Source: a virus
Taxonomy: Duplodnaviria; Heunggongvirae; Uroviricota; Caudoviricetes
DNA: 64,000 bases
Reading direction: 5' to 3' (one strand)
IMG/VR virus record: IMGVR_UViG_3300029923_000009
A program made the translations under genes and the position numbers. Below are positions 9,099 through 18,842 of this stretch, in pieces (the stretch's first letter is position 1; each line of letters opens with the position of its first letter). The notes under the pieces are model-generated. The model was not told where the DNA came from, ran no database searches, and saw only the letters and a list, made by a program, of their open reading frames with translations.

Positions 9099-9638
9099 AT
9101 GAAAACTGAATCAATGACGGCAAGTGAATTTTCTAAATTAGTTTATTGTGGATGTTTACCAAAAGAAAATTATGTTAATGATTTAAAACAAATTAAATAT
9201 TTCAGTTATGATGATTTTGGCTGTCATTTTTATGGAAGTAAAGAATATAATGATTCGTTGGTGTTCGTGGTTTGTTATGATGAAGAACATATTTATGGAG
9301 TTACCAAATTTGCCTATTTTTCAAATGAAGAACACTATTCAATTTCTTATTGTTCAACAAATAAAAACTATTTAAATAAAGGTATTTGTTCTAAAATGGT
9401 TGATTTATTCACTTCTTATTTTTCACATAAATACAGTAAAGAAATTTTATATGTTTCACAATATTCGGTAAGCGGTTGGAAGTATTTAAGACCATTATTA
9501 TTAAATTTATGTAAACAAAAAGATATTTCTTTCAGAGATAATATTATTGGATATATGGATGATGATGCAAAATATAGTGATGAGTATTATACACTAAGGG
9601 ATATATCTATTAAAATAGTAGGGGAAAGGTTTTATTAA
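9099..9638 (+). CDS. hypothetical protein (179 aa)
   Basis: Track start 9093 is GTG; ATG at 9099; terminator plus TATCTTTGT upstream. Confidence 0.55.
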   Translation: MKTESMTASEFSKLVYCGCLPKENYVNDLKQIKYFSYDDFGCHFYGSKEYNDSLVFVVCYDEEHIYGVTKFAYFSNEEHYSISYCSTNKNYLNKGICSKMVDLFTSYFSHKYSKEILYVSQYSVSGWKYLRPLLLNLCKQKDISFRDNIIGYMDDDAKYSDEYYTLRDISIKIVGERFY

Positions 9639-9644
9639 CAAATT

Positions 9645-9680
9645 ACATTTTCAAATATAATTATTTTGATATATCTTTGT
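9645..9680 (+). promoter_or_regulatory. early-class promoter
   Basis: TTAACAAATTACATTTTC ... TATCTTTGT. Confidence 0.5.
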
Positions 9681-9707
9681 AGTATGAATTTTAAATGATA
9701 AACAATT

Positions 9708-10226
9708 ATGAATGTAGAAATTAAGAATATTAAAATCAGTTTAGGCAATAGTGACGAAACTTATTGTTTCAATGCCGATATTTATGCTGACGGTAAAAAA
9801 GTTGGATATGCAAAAAACAATGGTCGTGGTGGAAATACCGATTATAATAGATACCCTAAATTTAGCTATGATGATATTCGTGATATTGAAAATTATTTTA
9901 AGTCAATGCCTTGTAAAGAATATACATTAAATAATGAAATTTTTAAAATGAATTATTCACTTGAAAATTTTATTGATGAAGCAGTTGAAAAAAAATTGGC
10001 TGAAAGGGATGCTGCGAGATTGAAAAATAGAATGGAAAAGGATTTCCAAAAATATATTTGTTACAAAGTTGAAAATGGATGGAATTCAACGGGTTGGAAA
10101 AATTATACTATAACTCAAATGTTGGGTACACCAGTTGGTATGTCATTGATTCAAAAGACCGTTGATACATTAAAAGAAAAAGGCGAAAAGATTTTAAATA
10201 ATAATTTAATTGGTATAAAATTATAA
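9708..10226 (+). CDS. hypothetical protein (172 aa)
   Basis: ATG ORF; early promoter 9645-9680. Confidence 0.55.
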   Translation: MNVEIKNIKISLGNSDETYCFNADIYADGKKVGYAKNNGRGGNTDYNRYPKFSYDDIRDIENYFKSMPCKEYTLNNEIFKMNYSLENFIDEAVEKKLAERDAARLKNRMEKDFQKYICYKVENGWNSTGWKNYTITQMLGTPVGMSLIQKTVDTLKEKGEKILNNNLIGIKL

Positions 10227-10232
10227 AATATT

Positions 10233-10430
10233 ATGGAAATTGAACAATGGATTTGTATTGGTATTATTGTATTAGCTTTATTATGTTTAATAACTAAAGT
10301 GATTTATAGGTGGATAGTTATTGGTAACCTGTTATGTGCTTTAGGTCTTCATGATTTTGGAGATTCACAAAGTGGTGTAATGTTCAGTAATATAACTTGT
10401 AACAGATGCGGGCATACAGACATTGAATAA
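10233..10430 (+). CDS. small membrane protein (65 aa)
   Basis: hydrophobic N-terminus; CNRCGH at C-terminus. Confidence 0.45.
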   Translation: MEIEQWICIGIIVLALLCLITKVIYRWIVIGNLLCALGLHDFGDSQSGVMFSNITCNRCGHTDIE

Positions 10431-10486
10431 TTAACAAATTTGATTTTGATAACCAAAAGTAAAATATTATCTTTGTATATCAATTA
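10431..10486 (+). promoter_or_regulatory. early-class promoter
   Basis: TTAACAAATTTGATTTTG ... TATCTTTGT. Confidence 0.5.
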
Positions 10487-10516
10487 AAAATTAAAACAAT
10501 TTAAATAAAAAACATT

Positions 10517-10756
10517 ATGAAAAATTTAACAGTAGAAACAGCAAAGGATTTTTTAAAATCAAACGGTTATTTTGTTGATAACCTTTGGCATATTGATGAT
10601 GTAAAAAACGTATGTAATTGCACCGATGAAGAAGCTCAAAAAATACTGTGCGATAGTTTAACAAATGAAGAGCTAATATCTCAAATAAATTGCGATATAG
10701 AGGATAATGCTTCAATGATGGGTTTTGAAATAATTGATACAAATAATGAAGATTAA
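10517..10756 (+). CDS. hypothetical acidic protein (79 aa)
   Basis: ATG ORF; early promoter 10431-10486. Confidence 0.5.
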   Translation: MKNLTVETAKDFLKSNGYFVDNLWHIDDVKNVCNCTDEEAQKILCDSLTNEELISQINCDIEDNASMMGFEIIDTNNED

Positions 10757-10964
10757 AAGAGAAAACGTTTATAAAGATACTACTTCTTGTAGCTTTTGTG
10801 ATAGAGGTAAATTAAGTGTTACAAGGTATAGTTTAGTTTATCCTTATCAGGAGGTAACAACTTTTATGCGAAGTAATGGAAACGGTATGAAAGTTTCTAT
10901 TTGTGATGACTGTTTGAAAGAATTGAACTTATTTAATGAACCACCAACTAAATTAATTGATTAA
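10746..10964 (+). CDS. zinc-ribbon protein (72 aa)
   Basis: Track start 10734 is TTG; ATG 10746; CSFC...CDDC. Confidence 0.45.
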   Translation: MKIKRENVYKDTTSCSFCDRGKLSVTRYSLVYPYQEVTTFMRSNGNGMKVSICDDCLKELNLFNEPPTKLID

Positions 10965-10967
10965 ACT

Positions 10968-11168
10968 ATGGATGCACTTGGACTAAATGCCTTATCAAAT
11001 ATTATTTACAGAATGGATGAGTTACCTGAAAGAATTGAATTTTTACATAGAATTACTGTTAGAGGTGATGTTGATTTACAGGGTTTTAATGAATTAATTA
11101 AAAAATGTAATATAGAAAGCGTTGAACAGGATGCTAAAAGAAAAAGCGGTGGGCGAAGAAGTTGGTAA
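10968..11168 (+). CDS. hypothetical protein (66 aa)
   Basis: ATG ORF. Confidence 0.45.
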   Translation: MDALGLNALSNIIYRMDELPERIEFLHRITVRGDVDLQGFNELIKKCNIESVEQDAKRKSGGRRSW

Positions 11169-11171
11169 ATT

Positions 11172-11217
11172 TTAACAAATTCCATTTTTACAATTGAAGT
11201 TAAAGCACTATCTTTGT
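11172..11217 (+). promoter_or_regulatory. early-class promoter
   Basis: TTAACAAATTCCATTTTT ... TATCTTTGT. Confidence 0.55.
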
Positions 11218-11259
11218 ATTATAATAACCAAATTAAAATAAATAAATAAAAACTGATAT

Positions 11260-11637
11260 ATGCTAATCAAAACTAAAGAAATTACACAAAAAAATACGTT
11301 ACTTTCTCATATGATTTTGAATTGCTTGACGAAAGAGGTAATCAATGATAAAATAGAAAGTAAGGCTGAAAGAACAGGAGATACTGAATATGATATAGTC
11401 TTAATGTTTGAGGGGGTAGAACTTGATATTAGACTTTTTACTGAACATTTGGATAAATCGTGGGATTCATGTGTAAGTGAAGCAACCCGACCCGAAGCAG
11501 AGAAAATGTTTGAAGAATTGAAACACACTTTTATTAGTAAAAACTCAACAAACGCAAAGCTTGAAAGCATTCGAAAACAAATGATTAAGGTTAATGAACA
11601 AATGTTGAATATTAATAACGCATTATTAAACTTGTAA
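11260..11637 (+). CDS. hypothetical protein (125 aa)
   Basis: ATG ORF; early promoter 11172-11217. Confidence 0.5.
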   Translation: MLIKTKEITQKNTLLSHMILNCLTKEVINDKIESKAERTGDTEYDIVLMFEGVELDIRLFTEHLDKSWDSCVSEATRPEAEKMFEELKHTFISKNSTNAKLESIRKQMIKVNEQMLNINNALLNL

Positions 11638-11640
11638 AGC

Positions 11641-12111
11641 ATGAAAAAGCAAATTATGTTTGAGGGTATGAGTTTCAACGAGGGAACGCCAAAATCTGTG
11701 ATGGAAATATTACACGCAACCAATGAATACGGTTGGAGAATTAGATTGTGGTACGGTGATGATGATGGAAAAAGTTGGAATGAGGAAAATGATATTATTG
11801 GTAAGGTTGGTAAATCAACAGGAACAAAATGTCCACTACTAATTAATAATAGCAGGTCATTAGGTGGCGGTATTATTTTATCAGACTGTATTGTTAAGAT
11901 TGTGGATGTGGTAACAAAGGAAGTATTATATCAACATCGTACTTTTAATCAGTCAAAATTTGAAGCGGTTGGTAATTCGGTGGTTGTTGATGGTAAGGTA
12001 TGGGGTAAAGAATTAACTGATTTGGATCAACCTAAATACGCTAATTGTAAAAACTTTCAACAGGCTTACAGATTAGCAGCATTTATGAATGGTGAGCGAA
12101 TGTCTAAATAA
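11641..12111 (+). CDS. hypothetical protein (156 aa)
   Basis: ATG ORF 3 nt after upstream stop. Confidence 0.55.
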   Translation: MKKQIMFEGMSFNEGTPKSVMEILHATNEYGWRIRLWYGDDDGKSWNEENDIIGKVGKSTGTKCPLLINNSRSLGGGIILSDCIVKIVDVVTKEVLYQHRTFNQSKFEAVGNSVVVDGKVWGKELTDLDQPKYANCKNFQQAYRLAAFMNGERMSK

Positions 12112-12112
12112 C

Positions 12113-12130
12113 AATACTCAAATGAGTATT
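12113..12130. repeat. TACTCA-NN-TGAGTA palindrome (copy 3)
   Basis: AATACTCAAATGAGTATT; 18 nt before ATG 12148. Confidence 0.6.
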
Positions 12131-12147
12131 TAAAGCTAATATGTTAT

Positions 12148-12435
12148 ATGAAAAAGAAAAAAGAATTAATAATAACAATCGATGATATTAGTAGAAGTGC
12201 TTGGCTTCAGCAGGGTTATAATTGGGATAGTATTTCTATTGAAAAAATAACTGAAAAAATATTAGCCGATGAGGATTGTTATAATTTTTCAAGAAATCTT
12301 GAGGATAATGGTGTTGTAAATGATTATATTAACACTGAATATATGGGATATTTAATATTTCATTGCCTTGTAACTTTATCAAATGAAGACTTAGTAAATG
12401 GGATTAACAACGCTTTAAAACAATTATTAAAATAA
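12148..12435 (+). CDS. hypothetical protein (95 aa)
   Basis: ATG ORF; AATACTCA-AA-TGAGTATT palindrome 18 nt upstream. Confidence 0.5.
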   Translation: MKKKKELIITIDDISRSAWLQQGYNWDSISIEKITEKILADEDCYNFSRNLEDNGVVNDYINTEYMGYLIFHCLVTLSNEDLVNGINNALKQLLK

Positions 12436-12446
12436 ATATAAATAAT

Positions 12447-12680
12447 ATGAAAAAATTAACATCGTTATTAGAAGCATTTCACGCAATGTTGAACGAAGAT
12501 ACATTTGCTTTGAGCGAAGATGTACTTAAAATAGTTGTAGAAGAACAGGGGTATCAGGTAACTGAAAATGAATTTACCATTCAATCAATTGAACGTGATG
12601 GTCGTATATCATTGTATTGTCAAAGTTGTTCGGATGTTATTTATGATTTTGAGGTTTATCAATTAGAAAAAATTAACTAA
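12447..12680 (+). CDS. hypothetical protein (77 aa)
   Basis: ATG ORF. Confidence 0.5.
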   Translation: MKKLTSLLEAFHAMLNEDTFALSEDVLKIVVEEQGYQVTENEFTIQSIERDGRISLYCQSCSDVIYDFEVYQLEKIN

Positions 12681-12718
12681 TTCCATTTTCATAAGTAAAT
12701 AATAAATATTATCTTTGT
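12672..12718 (+). promoter_or_regulatory. early-class promoter (variant)
   Basis: TTAACTAATTCCATTTTC ... TATCTTTGT. Confidence 0.5.
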
Positions 12719-12749
12719 ACTGTAATTAAAAACATAAAAAATTATTACC

Positions 12750-12962
12750 ATGATAAACATAAATGATAGAGAAAAATATTTAGAAAGCAAACTACCTAAA
12801 AATGTTGATATTGAAGCAAAGTATAGAAAAAATTTCGAAAGGTATGCTACCTATTTAGGTAATGGAATATATCAATGGAAAGGTATTACCGCTACAGATA
12901 CCGCTTTGTTATTTCTTATGGGTGTTCTAAGAAGTGAAAATATAAATTTTAAAGAAATTTAA
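12750..12962 (+). CDS. hypothetical protein (70 aa)
   Basis: ATG ORF; early promoter 12672-12718. Confidence 0.45.
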   Translation: MININDREKYLESKLPKNVDIEAKYRKNFERYATYLGNGIYQWKGITATDTALLFLMGVLRSENINFKEI

Positions 12963-12977
12963 TATATTATAATTAAT

Positions 12978-13232
12978 ATGAAAACAGAAATTAAAAAAAG
13001 AACATTTGAGGCTTCAAAATTTCCAAAAGGAAGTGATGAGAGAGCTAAACTAAATTGCGATCCTTTAACAAGTGAATACATGACAAGTTATAAATATACT
13101 TTATATATTTATAAAGAACAAACGGTTACTTCGTTACCTATAATTCACACATATAATTTTAGGACTAAATCCGATGCAATGGATAAAGAAAAGTCCATAA
13201 TTGATAACCCATCTTATTACGAAGCTAAATAA
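12978..13232 (+). CDS. hypothetical protein (84 aa)
   Basis: ATG ORF. Confidence 0.45.
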   Translation: MKTEIKKRTFEASKFPKGSDERAKLNCDPLTSEYMTSYKYTLYIYKEQTVTSLPIIHTYNFRTKSDAMDKEKSIIDNPSYYEAK

Positions 13233-13249
13233 ATAAGCTAATATAAGTT

Positions 13250-13540
13250 ATGAAAACAATACAGTTAACAAATGCTGAAAAGGTACTTTTAAATAATGTG
13301 GTTGAGTATGAATATAATGGTGAAAAGCTTCAATCTACATTAGATGATATATTAAACGATATATTGCTATGTGCTGAAATGAAAGTTATTAATAATAAAC
13401 CTTATTTCTTTGTTCCTTTAAAAGTGGAAGACATTTATCATCCGTTAGATCAAAAATATTATAACATATTAGTTGAAAATGGTATTAATCCATTTGAATA
13501 TATGTTCGGAGATTACGGTATAGGTAAAATAATTAATTAA
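13250..13540 (+). CDS. hypothetical protein (96 aa)
   Basis: ATG ORF. Confidence 0.5.
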   Translation: MKTIQLTNAEKVLLNNVVEYEYNGEKLQSTLDDILNDILLCAEMKVINNKPYFFVPLKVEDIYHPLDQKYYNILVENGINPFEYMFGDYGIGKIIN

Positions 13541-13582
13541 CTAATTACATTTTTACTATTCAATATATTTTACTATCTTTGT
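13535..13582 (+). promoter_or_regulatory. early-class promoter (variant)
   Basis: TTAACTAATTACATTTTT ... TATCTTTGT. Confidence 0.5.
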
Positions 13583-13612
13583 GTATTAAAATTAAATAAA
13601 AACATAAATATT

Positions 13613-13957
13613 ATGATGGGTGATGAAAATTTAGATAAAAATATTGCTATTGCAGAATTTATTGGTATGCAAAAAACCTCACTTGGTTGGTACGATGCAG
13701 AAGAAATTCTTTCTCTGCATTATACGACTGATAATACTTTCGATAGGTTATTATTTGATGTATCTTTTGATTGGTTAATACCTGTTGGATTAAAATGTTC
13801 AAACTTAGCATGTTTAGCTGAAATGGATGAATGGGATTATGGTATCATGAACGCAGCATCAACATTTAATATTAAAATTCTTTTTAAAGAAATATTTGAC
13901 TTTATTACCTTTTATAAGAAGAACCCCGACATTTTTGAATCAATTATTGAAAAATAA
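13613..13957 (+). CDS. hypothetical protein (114 aa)
   Basis: ATG ORF; early promoter 13535-13582. Confidence 0.5.
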   Translation: MMGDENLDKNIAIAEFIGMQKTSLGWYDAEEILSLHYTTDNTFDRLLFDVSFDWLIPVGLKCSNLACLAEMDEWDYGIMNAASTFNIKILFKEIFDFITFYKKNPDIFESIIEK

Positions 13958-14016
13958 TTTTTTAACAATTTTGATTTTAATAAGTAAATAAAAACAAAAC
14001 CAAACTTAATATTATT

Positions 14017-14373
14017 ATGACAGATAAGCAGATGAATAAAAATCATAATATTGAAAGATGTAATTCTCAATATTGGATTGATAGGAGTGGAAAAATACAT
14101 AAATATAAAGGTAGTTTGAATCGTGAATGTGTTTCAATACACTATGAAATAGTAAATACTTTATTCCCCGATGTACCCCACGCAAAACAGTATGTTGAAA
14201 AATTAGGTTGGTGTATGGTTGGAAGTACCGTTTATAGTACGCCTATTATCGAAATAAAGCCATCACAGGCACAAATAAATACGCTTGATAAATTAGGGTT
14301 ATATGATAGATTGTGCATTCCATATGAGGGATATATGATAAATTATAAAGAAAACGAAAGTAAATTTCAATAA
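14017..14373 (+). CDS. hypothetical protein (118 aa)
   Basis: ATG ORF. Confidence 0.5.
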   Translation: MTDKQMNKNHNIERCNSQYWIDRSGKIHKYKGSLNRECVSIHYEIVNTLFPDVPHAKQYVEKLGWCMVGSTVYSTPIIEIKPSQAQINTLDKLGLYDRLCIPYEGYMINYKENESKFQ

Positions 14374-14457
14374 AAAAATTGTCTAAAATAACAGATGAAA
14401 ATATTTCTAAAGTGCTATATGAAAACTTTTTATATTTAAACAAAAAATAAAAATATC

Positions 14458-15204
14458 ATGAACTTAAAAGATTTAAAAGAATACTATACAGTCAATAAAG
14501 ACTATGTTAAAGATCATTATTTACTTTTTAATCCAATTGTAGGTAGTGGTAAAAATCTTAATATTCAATATTATTGTAGAGTTGAGAGAGTTGGTGATGG
14601 ATTTAAAATTATTCCGAGTGAATATATTAAAAATCCTATTAATGAAGTGAAATATTTTTATACTTCAATATCTGTTTTAAAAGATGTTATTAAAAAATAT
14701 GTTGAATCATTACCTTATCACTCTGATTTCTATTACCCAAATAATAGACCGTTTGTTTTTCCTTATCTTGTTGTGAATGAATTTCTGAAAGATTTGGGTT
14801 TTGTATGTGGCTCGAATGAAACATATATCTTTGAGCAAAAAGATATTTATGGATGTACAACCAATAAAATGACTATGCGTATTAATGGACTTGATATGTC
14901 CGAATACGATGAAAGCGATGAAATAACTATAAACTTATTTACATCTAACAAATCATATATAACAGTTAAATCCGAAAAAGATGTTGATTCAATTATTTCA
15001 ATTTTAAGTAGTTTATTGAAACCGTTATTTTTAACGACAGGTATTCAAAATATTGAATTGGCTGATAAATTGAATTTTAATAGTTTCGAACCTATATTAA
15101 GTACAGTTGAGTGGTCTTCATTAAATATTGAACACTCATTATATAAACAAGAGCTAATAGGTAAGCTTGAAGATATGCTTAAAAAATTAAAAACCAGCAA
15201 TTAA
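14458..15204 (+). CDS. hypothetical protein (248 aa)
   Basis: long ATG ORF, no recognisable motif. Confidence 0.6.
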   Translation: MNLKDLKEYYTVNKDYVKDHYLLFNPIVGSGKNLNIQYYCRVERVGDGFKIIPSEYIKNPINEVKYFYTSISVLKDVIKKYVESLPYHSDFYYPNNRPFVFPYLVVNEFLKDLGFVCGSNETYIFEQKDIYGCTTNKMTMRINGLDMSEYDESDEITINLFTSNKSYITVKSEKDVDSIISILSSLLKPLFLTTGIQNIELADKLNFNSFEPILSTVEWSSLNIEHSLYKQELIGKLEDMLKKLKTSN

Positions 15205-15209
15205 TTAAA

Positions 15210-15255
15210 TTAACAGATTTCATTTTTATAATTGAAATAAATAATTTATCTTTGT
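15210..15255 (+). promoter_or_regulatory. early-class promoter
   Basis: TTAACAGATTTCATTTTT ... TATCTTTGT. Confidence 0.55.
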
Positions 15256-15292
15256 GTTACAATATAATAAAAAACAAAATAAACTATATAAT

Positions 15293-15607
15293 ATGAAAGT
15301 TACAAAAGTATTAGATCACAAATTTAGAACTGCGGCTACCAAAATGATATTAGTTTATAACGCTAAGGTAATCAATGAAGCAGTTAGAAATGGCAGCTAT
15401 AAGGTTGATGGGGAAATAAACAACGTGGAGATATATGTTGATGATAATATTGGAAGCGGATTATTTAGTGTTTTTTGTAGATTTGATAACTGTAATGAAT
15501 TGACAGGTTATATGAATTCAAAACATAATTTTCACACTCAATCGACTTGTGATTTAGCTTTGGTTGAATTTCAAAAATTTATACTTGAATTGGTGAAATA
15601 TTTATAA
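15293..15607 (+). CDS. hypothetical protein (104 aa)
   Basis: Track start 15254 is GTG inside the -7 box; first ATG 15293. Confidence 0.5.
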   Translation: MKVTKVLDHKFRTAATKMILVYNAKVINEAVRNGSYKVDGEINNVEIYVDDNIGSGLFSVFCRFDNCNELTGYMNSKHNFHTQSTCDLALVEFQKFILELVKYL

Positions 15608-15677
15608 TAGGGTGGAAGTGGTTTTTTACTTACAGTCATCGATAGTGAATTTAGTTTAAATCACAGATACCCTATTA

Positions 15678-15724
15678 TTTAACAAAAATCATTTTCAGTA
15701 TTAAAATTAATTTAATAATTTTGT
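15678..15724 (+). promoter_or_regulatory. early-class promoter (variant -7 TAATTTTGT)
   Basis: TTTAACAAAAATCATTTTC ... TAATTTTGT. Confidence 0.4.
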
Positions 15725-15749
15725 ATTATAATTAAAGAAGAGAAATATT

Positions 15750-15917
15750 ATGAATAAATTTGATGAAATATTAAAAATATTAGAAAATAGACTTGAAGTG
15801 TTGGAATCAGGGATGTACAATTATGATAAAGATGATTATTATTTTGAAATGGTTGGTAGAATTGATGAACTTAAAGATGCTATTACTACAATTGAAAATA
15901 TAATATTAAAAGATTAA
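15750..15917 (+). CDS. hypothetical small protein (55 aa)
   Basis: ATG ORF absent from track; variant promoter 15678-15724; fills the gap before 15923. Confidence 0.35.
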   Translation: MNKFDEILKILENRLEVLESGMYNYDKDDYYFEMVGRIDELKDAITTIENIILKD

Positions 15918-15922
15918 TCAAT

Positions 15923-16216
15923 ATGAAAACTATAAATTATGAAACGTCTGATAAAAGTATAAAAATAAGGTTAGAGTATTTAACAGGGCATCCATTGAGA
16001 ATGTATTATGTTGGTAAATCTTACCCTAAAACAACGCAATGTTTAATGTATGTAAATGGGTTTCTACGTGGAACAGGAACAGTGATTAAACACGAAAAGG
16101 ATATTGATAACGAAAATTTAGCAGTAAGACTTGCTACAAAAAAAGCATTACCATCATTAAATATAAAATTCCTAAGGGGAGAAGTTTGGAAATTAGTTTT
16201 AAAAGAAACAAAATAA
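15923..16216 (+). CDS. hypothetical protein (97 aa)
   Basis: ATG ORF. Confidence 0.5.
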   Translation: MKTINYETSDKSIKIRLEYLTGHPLRMYYVGKSYPKTTQCLMYVNGFLRGTGTVIKHEKDIDNENLAVRLATKKALPSLNIKFLRGEVWKLVLKETK

Positions 16217-16229
16217 ATAATATAATAAT

Positions 16230-16523
16230 ATGGAAGATGTAACGAAATTAGGTGATTTTTACCAATATTACGATACCACTATGAAGCGAAATATTTGGTC
16301 TTTAGGTTATTTTGGTGGTGGTTCAATCAATTGTCTTGATGCTTACGATGCTGCTTTACAATATGCTAAAATAGTAAATGTAGATGTATCTACTGTGCAA
16401 ATAGATGAGATATTAAGATCGAGTAGGTATAAGCATTTTAAAATCATATACTCTCGTGAGAAACAAGAACCTGTTGGTGACCCAATGAAACTTAAAAATG
16501 TGTATGAATTTTTAACAGATTAA
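16230..16523 (+). CDS. hypothetical protein (97 aa)
   Basis: ATG ORF; stop sits inside the downstream TTAACAGATT box. Confidence 0.5.
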   Translation: MEDVTKLGDFYQYYDTTMKRNIWSLGYFGGGSINCLDAYDAALQYAKIVNVDVSTVQIDEILRSSRYKHFKIIYSREKQEPVGDPMKLKNVYEFLTD

Positions 16524-16557
16524 ATTTTCATAAACCAATGTAAAGGTTTATCTTTGT
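16512..16557 (+). promoter_or_regulatory. early-class promoter
   Basis: TTAACAGATTAAATTTTC ... TATCTTTGT; contains the stop of 16230-16523. Confidence 0.5.
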
Positions 16558-16593
16558 ATCAGAAATTAATTAAAGCAAATAAAAAGTAAACAT

Positions 16594-16815
16594 ATGGAAA
16601 ATAAATTAACAGTATTATTTGGTAGCATGACGTTTTTAGAATATAATTTTGACGGTGTTTATAAAACTATTGTGCATCGAATTGATTCAATACAACACCT
16701 AACAGAGGATGAAGCTAATGAAGTGATTGATGCCGATGAATACGATTGTTACCTTATCCCTGAAGAATATAAAGGCGATATTGAATACGAATGTGAAAAA
16801 CCAAAATTTAATTAA
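16594..16815 (+). CDS. hypothetical acidic protein (73 aa)
   Basis: ATG ORF; early promoter 16512-16557. Confidence 0.45.
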   Translation: MENKLTVLFGSMTFLEYNFDGVYKTIVHRIDSIQHLTEDEANEVIDADEYDCYLIPEEYKGDIEYECEKPKFN

Positions 16816-16821
16816 ATCATT

Positions 16822-17172
16822 ATGGAAAAATATTTTGTTAATTACGAGATAGCATTAGAATTAAAAGAAGTTGGTTTTAATGAAACTTGTTTTAAAGTTT
16901 ATGATGAAGAAGGGTTCATTCAAGATGAAAAAATAATGGATGAATTGAAACTTACAAAAATTTTAGCTCCGCTTTGGGATCAGGTTTTTGATTGGCTTAG
17001 AATTAAACATAATGTGTTTGCTTGTCCTATTTTTAGCCACATTAATGGTAAAGGTTATTGGGTTACGTTTGGTAAAATGGGTAAAACTTGTAATTCAGAA
17101 TATAATTTTGACACTTACGAACAAGCCCGTGAATATGTTATTTTAGAAGCAATTAAATTAATTGAAATATAA
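16822..17172 (+). CDS. hypothetical protein, paralog family B (116 aa)
   Basis: MEKYFVNYEIALELKEVGF...APLWDQVFDWLRIKHN; paralog of 8326 and 52847. Confidence 0.55.
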   Translation: MEKYFVNYEIALELKEVGFNETCFKVYDEEGFIQDEKIMDELKLTKILAPLWDQVFDWLRIKHNVFACPIFSHINGKGYWVTFGKMGKTCNSEYNFDTYEQAREYVILEAIKLIEI

Positions 17173-17218
17173 TTAACAATTTACATTTTATTAAACCAAT
17201 AAAAACTATTATCTTTGT
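17173..17218 (+). promoter_or_regulatory. early-class promoter
   Basis: TTAACAATTTACATTTT ... TATCTTTGT. Confidence 0.5.
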
Positions 17219-17253
17219 GTATCAAAATTTAACTAAATAACATTTTGTAATAT

Positions 17254-17523
17254 ATGAAAACAGAAAAAGATTTTCCAAATGGATTTACGGATTGGTTGGA
17301 AGCACATTATAAAATAGTGATGGCAATAGAACAACAACTTAGTCATTCAGATGATGTTGGTAAAGCTTGGGATGTAGTAAAAACACGTGGTACTGGAGGT
17401 TTATATAATCTTTCAGAAGACTTAACAGATAAATTTGAGCTTGAATATGAGAGTGTAATGTGGGGAGAAGATTTAGAATATATTGATGAAATGGAAGCAT
17501 TTATAAAAAGAGAACTTTATTGA
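17254..17523 (+). CDS. hypothetical protein (89 aa)
   Basis: ATG ORF; early promoter 17173-17218. Confidence 0.5.
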   Translation: MKTEKDFPNGFTDWLEAHYKIVMAIEQQLSHSDDVGKAWDVVKTRGTGGLYNLSEDLTDKFELEYESVMWGEDLEYIDEMEAFIKRELY

Positions 17524-17547
17524 TGACAAAAAAATAAAATAATTATT

Positions 17548-17796
17548 ATGGAAACAAAGAAAATTAATTTACAGGAAATATTAGATGATATTGCAGTTGA
17601 AAAAGGTTGGTCAATTGCTGATAGAATGATTAAAGATGTTATAGTTCCTGCTATGTTTGAAGCTTGTAAACAAGTTCTTGAATTAGGATTTGAAAATGCT
17701 GATGCTGAATTAATAGATAGTACGGATGATAGTCGAGGATTAATTGTTATTGTTAAAGAATCAATTACCGATACAATCAAACAAGTTGTAATTTAA
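17548..17796 (+). CDS. hypothetical protein (82 aa)
   Basis: ATG ORF. Confidence 0.5.
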   Translation: METKKINLQEILDDIAVEKGWSIADRMIKDVIVPAMFEACKQVLELGFENADAELIDSTDDSRGLIVIVKESITDTIKQVVI

Positions 17797-17838
17797 CAAA
17801 TTTCATTTCTACTATTAAAATAAAACTACTATCTTTGT
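17793..17838 (+). promoter_or_regulatory. early-class promoter
   Basis: TTAACAAATTTCATTTC ... TATCTTTGT. Confidence 0.55.
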
Positions 17839-17864
17839 ATTAGAAATTAATTTAAACAAATAAT

Positions 17865-18134
17865 ATGGAAATAAAATATTTTTTACTAACAGAATCAGAT
17901 AACGTTGCAGTTGCAGTTATATCGGCTTACAATAGCACTGAATTAAATGAAAAAGCTAAAATAGCTTTGACTGAACATTTTGATTGTGAAATTCCAACTG
18001 AAATAGATTTGGATATGAATGATTATGGATTTGGACAAGAAGGTACGTTTGAAATTCTTGTGACTTTTGATAAAGATGATGAGGATGATACCGATACTAC
18101 TACCATTTATGTTCAGGAAGTTGTTGTTTATTAA
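17865..18134 (+). CDS. hypothetical acidic protein (89 aa)
   Basis: ATG ORF; early promoter 17793-17838. Confidence 0.5.
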   Translation: MEIKYFLLTESDNVAVAVISAYNSTELNEKAKIALTEHFDCEIPTEIDLDMNDYGFGQEGTFEILVTFDKDDEDDTDTTTIYVQEVVVY

Positions 18135-18157
18135 TTGAAACATTTAAAAATAAATAT

Positions 18158-18409
18158 ATGAAAGTACTACATATTACACCTGAAACCGATGGTTATGAAA
18201 TTGTTGAACTATTGGCTAATAGCGTTAATAAAACTAATCATTTGAAAGTTATTGATATAAATGGAGAACAGTTTATCACAGGTGGATTCATTTTAACTGA
18301 CAATGATAGAATAAGGCAAGTTTTAGATTCGTTTCCAAAAGATAAACAATATGGATTTGTTAAAGAATTTTTAATTTGTCCGTTTGAAAAAATGTATTTC
18401 GAAGACTAA
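18158..18409 (+). CDS. hypothetical protein (83 aa)
   Basis: ATG ORF. Confidence 0.5.
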   Translation: MKVLHITPETDGYEIVELLANSVNKTNHLKVIDINGEQFITGGFILTDNDRIRQVLDSFPKDKQYGFVKEFLICPFEKMYFED

Positions 18410-18539
18410 ATATATAAATAAAAAAATTATCATTTTTACCAATCAATTTATTATTAATTATTTGGGTTTTTATATGAAAACTTAACTGAAAACGAATTAA
18501 TATTCAAATAGTAATAACAACTAAAAAATTTATTTAATC

Positions 18540-18812
18540 ATGGGAGCAACAAATATTGATATTACAATTTTAATAAAGAAACAACAAGTTGAAAAGGTTC
18601 GTAAATACGTACCTACATTTGATAATGAATTTGATTATGAAACAGCAGCTACCCACGGATTAATTGATGGTAAGCTTTACGCAATAGTAGAACGAGGTGA
18701 GTTTTTCTTTGGTTTATCTAATCATATTTCATATCAGAAAAATAATAAAAACATTACTTGGTTGCGGTTGTATGAAATTGATTATGAAAATATAAATTTT
18801 CCGACTTGGTAA
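18540..18812 (+). CDS. hypothetical protein (90 aa)
   Basis: ATG ORF. Confidence 0.5.
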   Translation: MGATNIDITILIKKQQVEKVRKYVPTFDNEFDYETAATHGLIDGKLYAIVERGEFFFGLSNHISYQKNNKNITWLRLYEIDYENINFPTW

Positions 18813-18842
18813 AAACATTTTAAAAATAAATAAATTAAAAAT